From assembly GCA_963722655.1 (NCBI GenBank), contig CAVRNT010000001.1, positions 244,994-308,993 of the forward strand: a stretch of DNA of 64,000 nucleotides, read 5' to 3'. The position numbers and the translations under genes are program-made. Below are positions 58,361 to 64,000 of the stretch, one piece after another. The notes beneath the pieces are model-generated. The model was given only the letters and a program-made list of their open reading frames with translations. It ran no database searches and was not told where the DNA came from. This DNA is from an uncultured bacterium (lineage in GTDB: Bacteria > Patescibacteriota > Minisyncoccia > UBA6257 > GWB1-50-10). The first letter of the stretch is position 1; each line of letters opens with the position of its first letter.

Positions 58361-59064
58361 TGCTTTCCGTCACCGATCTCGAAAAGACCTACCGGAACGA
58401 AGGCACTGAAACGCAGGCCCTCGTCGGCCTCTCTTTCAACATCAATAAGGGGGAGTTTGTAGCCATCATGGGCCCTTCCGGTTCCGGCAAGTCCACCTTG
58501 CTCCATATTCTGGGGTTTTTGGACCGACCGACCGGCGGCGAGTACGTCTTCAGCGGCAAGAAGATGGACGAACTCTCGGACGAGGAGCTCGCGCGGGTGC
58601 GCAATAAGGAAATGGGCTTCATCTTCCAGGATTTCAACCTCTTGGGTCACGCCACGGTCTACGAAAATGTCGAACTGCCGCTCCTTTATTCCACGAGCAC
58701 GCCGCCCGAGAAGCGCCGGATGCTCGTCGAAGGAGCCGTCACTGCCGTCGGCCTCGCGGAGAAGCTCAAGGTGGAGGCCGGCAACCTTTCGGGCGGCCAA
58801 AAGCAGCGGGTCGCGATCGCCCGAGCGCTCGTGACCGGACCGACCGTGATCTTCGCGGACGAGCCGACCGGTAACCTGGACTCGCATTCCGGCGCCCAGG
58901 TGATGGAGATCTTGCGCGACCTCAACAAGGGCGGCCACACCGTCATCCTCGTGACCCACGAGACCTACACCGCCGAGTTCGCGAACCGCATCCTGCGGCT
59001 CAAGGACGGCCTCCTCGAAAGCGATGAGCCGATCATTAAGCGACGCGACACTTTCTTCAAATGA
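58360..59064 (+). CDS. ABC transporter ATP-binding protein (MacB/LolD-like)
   Basis: [26 protein letters not shown]. Confidence 0.95.
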   Translation: MLSVTDLEKTYRNEGTETQALVGLSFNINKGEFVAIMGPSGSGKSTLLHILGFLDRPTGGEYVFSGKKMDELSDEELARVRNKEMGFIFQDFNLLGHATVYENVELPLLYSTSTPPEKRRMLVEGAVTAVGLAEKLKVEAGNLSGGQKQRVAIARALVTGPTVIFADEPTGNLDSHSGAQVMEILRDLNKGGHTVILVTHETYTAEFANRILRLKDGLLESDEPIIKRRDTFFK

Positions 59065-60305
59065 CCTTCAAGGACATTTTGCACACTGGTCTCCGAAGTG
59101 TCCGCCACGCACGGATGCGCTCCTTTCTCACCATTTTGGGCATCGTGATTGGCATCTCCTCGGTCATCATCCTGATGTCCGTGGGCACCTCCGCCCAAGA
59201 CCTGATTTTCAACGAGGTGCAGAGCATCGGTTCCGACCTCATCTTCGTCATCCCCGGTGCGACCCTGTCCTCGCGCTTTTCCGCCCCGGCCTCGGCCTTC
59301 GGCGTCGTGACGAAGACCCTGGTGCAGAAGGACGTCGACTCCCTGGAAAGGGAACCTTCGATCGTCGCCGTCGCGCCGGCGGTCTACGGGCAGGGAACGA
59401 TCGTCTACGGCAACAACAACGTCACCATCTCCTATCAGGGCGTGACGGCCGATTTCTTCCCGATGCGGAACTTCAAGGTCGCCTCTGGCCGGCTCTTCAA
59501 TGTGACGGACGTCCAGGGCGGGAACCGCGTCGTCGTCCTGGGGAGCAAGATCGCGAAGACGCTCTTCAATGATTTTAATCCCGTAGGCAAGTACGTCCGC
59601 CTGGCGAATACCCCGCTCCAGGTCATCGGCGTCTTGGGCAGCCAAGGGGTCGGCCCCGGTGGCGTCGATCAGGACCAGATCGCCCTCGTGCCGATCACGG
59701 TCGCCCAGAACCAGCTGATCGGCATCAACTACTTCAACATGGTGACGATCCAAGCGAACGCCACCTACAATATGGATTTCGTGAAATCGCGGGTCGTCTC
59801 CGATCTGCGCCAGAGCCACAGCATCACTGACCCGACGAAGGACGACTTCACGGTGGAGACCCAGCAGGACGCCCTTTCCATTTTGGGCAACATCACCTCC
59901 ATCATGACCGTCTTTCTCGCGGCCATCGCCTCCATCTCGCTCCTCGTGGGCGGCATCGGCATCATGAACATCATGCTCGTCTCGGTCGTGGAGCGGACGC
60001 GGGAGATCGGCCTGCGGAAGGCCGTGGGCGCAACGAACAGCGACATCCTGAAGCAGTTCCTATTGGAATCGATGCTCCTGACCTTCCTCGGAGGAGCGAT
60101 CGGCATCGCCTTGGGGGCGCTCGTCGACGTTTTGGTCTATCTGGTCCTCAAGGCCGTTCTCTCGACCGGATGGGTCTTCGCCTTGCCGCTCTCGGCCGTC
60201 ATCCTCGGAGCCGGCGTCTCGATGGCGATCGGCATCATCTTCGGCTTCTATCCGGCGCGCCAAGCGGCGAGAAAAAGCCCCATTGAAGCCTTGCACTATG
60301 AATGA
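59061..60305 (+). CDS. ABC transporter permease (MacB/FtsX family)
   Basis: RSFLTILGIVIG, GGIGIMNIMLVSV.ERTREIG.RKA.GA. Confidence 0.95.
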   Translation: MTFKDILHTGLRSVRHARMRSFLTILGIVIGISSVIILMSVGTSAQDLIFNEVQSIGSDLIFVIPGATLSSRFSAPASAFGVVTKTLVQKDVDSLEREPSIVAVAPAVYGQGTIVYGNNNVTISYQGVTADFFPMRNFKVASGRLFNVTDVQGGNRVVVLGSKIAKTLFNDFNPVGKYVRLANTPLQVIGVLGSQGVGPGGVDQDQIALVPITVAQNQLIGINYFNMVTIQANATYNMDFVKSRVVSDLRQSHSITDPTKDDFTVETQQDALSILGNITSIMTVFLAAIASISLLVGGIGIMNIMLVSVVERTREIGLRKAVGATNSDILKQFLLESMLLTFLGGAIGIALGALVDVLVYLVLKAVLSTGWVFALPLSAVILGAGVSMAIGIIFGFYPARQAARKSPIEALHYE

Positions 60306-60360
60306 TTCATATAGGGGTACCACCTTGCTTTTTTAAGGAAAGTTATGGCATAATAATCTT

Positions 60361-60444
60361 ATGTTCGAAAAGCTGGAATTCTGGCTTTTTATCTTTCTGG
60401 CTTTCGCGCTCCTCTACGTCGGATACGTTCAGGTGCACGGCTGA
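60361..60444 (+). CDS. Putative 27-aa single-TM peptide
   Basis: MFEKLEFWLFIFLAFALLYVGYVQVHG* with TGgCATAAT 6 nt upstream. Confidence 0.4.
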   Translation: MFEKLEFWLFIFLAFALLYVGYVQVHG

Positions 60445-60476
60445 AAAGGAAAAAGACCGGAACAAAAAATCGCGCC

Positions 60477-61919
60477 TTAAGCGCGAGTTTTTGTTTTCAG
60501 AGAGACCTTCTTCTTTGACGTCGGTCTGACCGGCGGTTTCTCGGTAGCCGCGGGCGGTTTCGTCTCGAAGGCGTTCTTCTCGAAGGCCGCGACCACGCTC
60601 TGCGGAATCTCGCCGTTAAAGGGAATGAATATTTTGACCCAATCTTCGATCGGCGTCACTTGGATGTTCAAGCCGGACTTAGTTGTCTCCTTTTCGAGCG
60701 CGTCCGCGAGACCATTCATCTTCTCCTTCTTTACCAACCCCAGGAAGTGAGTGGTCAGGAATTCAAAATAACCATTGGGCTGACGCCAGACAGGGTTGCC
60801 TTTTTTGTCCTTCGGCGCTTCCGAGGCTATCGCCGGCAAACCTCCGACGAGCTTGTCCGCCTTTCCGTTCTCATCGCTTCGGACGTATATAATCCGACCT
60901 AGATTGCTCTTATTGGCTACGCTCGTCCCTTTTTCCAGGAATTCCCGCGATTTCGTGATGCTCTCTTTCTGTTTGTCGATGATGCTCTTGCCGCGCGCGT
61001 CCTTTTCATCCATGCGGTATTTAGCGATCATCTCCGGCGAGAGCTTGGCGGCGGCGCGGATGAACAACTGTTCCCGCATTTCTTTTTTGGATCCGGCGAA
61101 ATCCCTCGGATCGAATTTCACGTCGGCCGTCATCTCCTTGAGCATCGCCGTGAGCGTCTCGGTATCCAATAGCCGATTGATCTTGAAAAGGGTGATATCA
61201 TTTTCGTCGTAGAAATTCCGTTTTGCGCCCTCGAGCCATTCGCCGCGCTCCACGATCTCGGTGAACGTGAATGGAGGCAACAGATCTCTTTTCCCCTCTG
61301 CGCTCAAACGATTGTAGCGTCCCATGCGGCGCAGCGTGTCGAAGACGGCCATCGTCGGACTTTCCAGCTGGCCGTTCGGACCGTTAGAAACTATCAAGCT
61401 TTTTTTCAGAAGATTCTTGGGAAGTTCGTTCTCCCTGCCCGCTTCGTAAAATCTGATCTGGCTTTCGTCCTTGGCGACACCGGCCTTCTCGAGGGCCATC
61501 TTTTGAAGCCCGAAGCTGATGCCTCCCGGATTGGCTATTTTCGATTCGTGGCGCCGGAAATCATACCGAACGTACCCGGGGAAAAGGAAGTTCTCGTAGC
61601 GTCGGTCGAACGTTTCGCGCAGTCGGTCCTGAAATATGCGGTCTCTGCGGAACGGTTCGTAGTCCATCAATGGGTCCACGATCTTTTCTTTGAGATAATA
61701 GAGCTGGGAGGCCTCTGGGTTGTCAGTGAGGTCCTCTTCTATCTCTCGACGGGTTTCGACGGCGCCGAGGCGCGTGGCCTCGGATCTGCCGTGGACCATC
61801 ACGTCGAACTGGAAGCCGATATTGCGGTCCTCGTTCTCCTGATGCTCCGTGATCGCCTCGATCTCCTCCGGCGTCGGCGTTTCCTGATTGAACGATGGTT
61901 CGGGGAAGCGCTCTTTCAT
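60477..61919 (-). CDS. Hypothetical protein, possibly a divergent histidine-phosphatase fold
   Basis: Long ORF with YDFRRHESK and FLTTH motifs; TATAGT upstream of ATG 61919. Confidence 0.6.
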   Translation of the reverse strand: MKERFPEPSFNQETPTPEEIEAITEHQENEDRNIGFQFDVMVHGRSEATRLGAVETRREIEEDLTDNPEASQLYYLKEKIVDPLMDYEPFRRDRIFQDRLRETFDRRYENFLFPGYVRYDFRRHESKIANPGGISFGLQKMALEKAGVAKDESQIRFYEAGRENELPKNLLKKSLIVSNGPNGQLESPTMAVFDTLRRMGRYNRLSAEGKRDLLPPFTFTEIVERGEWLEGAKRNFYDENDITLFKINRLLDTETLTAMLKEMTADVKFDPRDFAGSKKEMREQLFIRAAAKLSPEMIAKYRMDEKDARGKSIIDKQKESITKSREFLEKGTSVANKSNLGRIIYVRSDENGKADKLVGGLPAIASEAPKDKKGNPVWRQPNGYFEFLTTHFLGLVKKEKMNGLADALEKETTKSGLNIQVTPIEDWVKIFIPFNGEIPQSVVAAFEKNAFETKPPAATEKPPVRPTSKKKVSLKTKTRA

Positions 61920-61972
61920 ACTGTCCACTATAGGCCGCTGGCGCTCCTCGGTCAAAGTGGTAGAATGCAAAT

Positions 61973-62200
61973 ATGTTAGACCTATTGAACAGCAACGGTT
62001 GGTTGTGGTATGTGTTGATGCTTTGGGTCCTGCCTTGGAAGGGTGTCGCCCTTTGGAAGGCGGCCCGCCGGAGGGACTTATGGTGGTTCATCATCCTCCT
62101 CATCGTGAACACGCTCGCGATCTTGGAGATCCTCTACATTTTCATCTGGAACAAGCGCCCCCTTAAGGCGCCTGCCTCGGAAGCCAAGACGGAAGAGTAG
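61973..62200 (+). CDS. DUF5652-like small membrane protein
   Basis: W.LPWKGVALWKAARR...WF..LL.VNTL.ILEI.YIF. Confidence 0.85.
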   Translation: MLDLLNSNGWLWYVLMLWVLPWKGVALWKAARRRDLWWFIILLIVNTLAILEILYIFIWNKRPLKAPASEAKTEE

Positions 62201-62206
62201 CCGCCA

Positions 62207-62299
62207 ATGAAAGGACTTTTTGTTTCCTTGATGGCGCTCATTGTCTTCCTTTTAGGCGTCTATTTCTTGTTCGGCGGACTGCTCCGCCGTTTTTCCTGA
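62207..62299 (+). CDS. Putative 30-aa single-TM peptide
   Basis: MKGLFVSLMALIVFLLGVYFLFGGLLRRFS* fills the gap between operonic genes. Confidence 0.4.
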   Translation: MKGLFVSLMALIVFLLGVYFLFGGLLRRFS

Positions 62300-62312
62300 T
62301 GAACATCGGCTT

Positions 62313-63161
62313 ATGATCTCAATAAGACGGATTTACGACAAAAGCGCCCCGCGAGGCGGTTACCGCGTCCTGGTGGACCGGCTTTGGCCGCGGGGCGTCT
62401 CCAAAAAAGAGGCCAAGCTGGACCTTTGGTCCAAGGAGATCGCCCCGATGGAAGGATTGCGGAAATGGTTCGGTCACGCGCCGGCGAAATGGCCGGCCTT
62501 CCGCAAGAAATATATCGCGGAGCTCAAGGGAAACCTGATGATGGTGGAGTTACTGCGGGCCAAGTTGGCGGGGGAAAAGAGCGTCACGTTGCTTTTCGCC
62601 GCGGAGGACGAGAAACGGAACAACGCCGTCGTCCTCAAGGAGTTCCTGAAGAGCGGCCCGCGCTTCAGGCCCAAACCCGCGCACTTGAAGGTCGGCTCGA
62701 TCGCTCCGGAGATCGAACTGCCGGACCAAAACGGGGAATGGCACAAGCTTTCCTACCATCGGGGCGGTTGGGTTCTCGTTTATTTCTATCCCAAAGACGA
62801 CACGCCGGGGTGCACCAAAGAAGCATGCCTGATCCGCGACTACTTCCCGGATTTTCGGAAACTGAAGGCCAAGGTCTTCGGCGTAAGCGTCGATTCCGTC
62901 CTAAGCCACGCCAAATTCGCCAAGAAGTACAAATTACCCTTTACGCTTCTCGCGGATGAGGGAAAGCTCGCCGTTCGGGCCTACGGCGTTTGGGGCAAGA
63001 AAAAGTTTATGGGGCGCGTTTACGAGGGAACGCTCCGCACCTCCTTCCTCATTGATCCCAAAGGCAAGATCCGGAAGATCTACCGGAACGTGAATCCGGC
63101 CATCCATGCCTCCGAAGTTCTCTCCGACCTCCAAAAAATTATCGAGGTTCAACCTCGATAA
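62313..63161 (+). CDS. Fusion of a DUF488 (YeaO-like) domain and a BCP peroxiredoxin
   Basis: GYRVLVDRLWPRG.SK...LRKWFGH, then YFYPKDDTPGCTKEAC in the same frame. Confidence 0.88.
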   Translation: MISIRRIYDKSAPRGGYRVLVDRLWPRGVSKKEAKLDLWSKEIAPMEGLRKWFGHAPAKWPAFRKKYIAELKGNLMMVELLRAKLAGEKSVTLLFAAEDEKRNNAVVLKEFLKSGPRFRPKPAHLKVGSIAPEIELPDQNGEWHKLSYHRGGWVLVYFYPKDDTPGCTKEACLIRDYFPDFRKLKAKVFGVSVDSVLSHAKFAKKYKLPFTLLADEGKLAVRAYGVWGKKKFMGRVYEGTLRTSFLIDPKGKIRKIYRNVNPAIHASEVLSDLQKIIEVQPR

Positions 63162-63167
63162 TTTTCC

Positions 63168-63440
63168 ATGGTTAAAACGTACGAAGTTAAAATCTACGGC
63201 CGGGTGCAGGGCGTGAATTTCAGGAGGAGCGCCGCTTGGCGCGCCGGGAGGCTCGGCGTCGTCGGTTTCATCCGGAATGAACCGGACGGAGGCGTCTTCA
63301 TCGAAGTGGAAGGGGACGAAGAGCGGCTCCAAAAGTTCCTCAACTGGTGCAAGAAGGGATCACTCATCGCGCGCGTGGACCGCATCGACGTGGTGGAGAT
63401 AGCGACAAAAGAATACAAAGAGTTTAGGATAGAAAGATAG
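63168..63440 (+). CDS. Acylphosphatase
   Basis: GRVQGVNFR, G.IRN..DG.V. Confidence 0.94.
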   Translation: MVKTYEVKIYGRVQGVNFRRSAAWRAGRLGVVGFIRNEPDGGVFIEVEGDEERLQKFLNWCKKGSLIARVDRIDVVEIATKEYKEFRIER

Positions 63441-63443
63441 CAG

Positions 63444-64000
63444 ATGCCCAACGGTCAGCGGATCAGAAATCTCTATAATCCCGATTCGGACGAGCCCTAC
63501 AAGGTGAGTCGTTCCAAGATCGAGTTCTTCACGGAGTGTCCGCGGTGCTTTTATTTGGACCTGCGATTGGGCGTCGGGCGCCCCTCGCTACCCGGTTTCG
63601 CCTTGAACAGCGCCGTGGACGCGCTTCTCAAGAGAGAGTTCGACATCCACCGGGCGGAAGGGACGACCCATCCGCTGATGAAGGCCTACGGCATCGACGC
63701 GGTACCTCTCGCGCATGATTCGATAAGCGAGTGGCGCAACAACTTCAAGGGCATCCAGTTCTACCACGCGCCGACCGGCTTCGTTGTCTTCGGCGCGGTG
63801 GACGACATCTGGGTGAACCCGAAGGGCGAGGTCATCGTCGTGGATTACAAGGCGACGAGCACTTCGGCGACGCTCACCTTGGAGACCGAATACCGCCAGG
63901 CCTACAAGCGTCAGCTCGAGATCTACCAGTGGCTTTTGCAACAGAACGGCTTCAAAGTGGCGAAGACCGCCTACATCGTCTACGCGAACGGCGACAAAGA
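63444..64000 (+). CDS. PD-(D/E)XK nuclease family protein, partial at window edge
   Basis: SRSKIE.F.ECPRCFY, GAVDD, VDYK, Y.RQLE.Y. Confidence 0.85.
   Translation, partial: MPNGQRIRNLYNPDSDEPYKVSRSKIEFFTECPRCFYLDLRLGVGRPSLPGFALNSAVDALLKREFDIHRAEGTTHPLMKAYGIDAVPLAHDSISEWRNNFKGIQFYHAPTGFVVFGAVDDIWVNPKGEVIVVDYKATSTSATLTLETEYRQAYKRQLEIYQWLLQQNGFKVAKTAYIVYANGDK

Overview
This is a GC-rich bacterial chromosome segment. The gene content and order resemble Patescibacteria (CPR, Parcubacteria-like), which is an inference: hisS-HIT-rpsU-yqeY-ybeY-ftsA-ftsZ, class II RNR, two mreB copies with mreC/mreD/pbp2, frr-rseP-ddl, proS, greA-lysS-serS, a pilin, a MacAB-type ABC system, and almost no biosynthetic genes. 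The main accessory feature is a lower-GC integrative element of about 11 kb (8029-19125) inserted at the 3' end of tRNA-Asn. It encodes a large serine recombinase, a putative Rep_trans-like initiator, a small helical protein, an AbiJ-N-like/wHTH protein, a Type III R-M pair, a Panacea toxin-antitoxin pair and two small membrane proteins. Three observations stand out. (1) The att core lies inside the recombinase gene, so integration swaps its C-terminus, and a displaced tail sits at the right junction. (2) Two long, alternatively folding structured leaders precede the recombinase and the methyltransferase. (3) Many conserved genes look leaderless, while stand-alone orphan genes carry strong Shine-Dalgarno sites. 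All calls were made by eye; no database searches were run.
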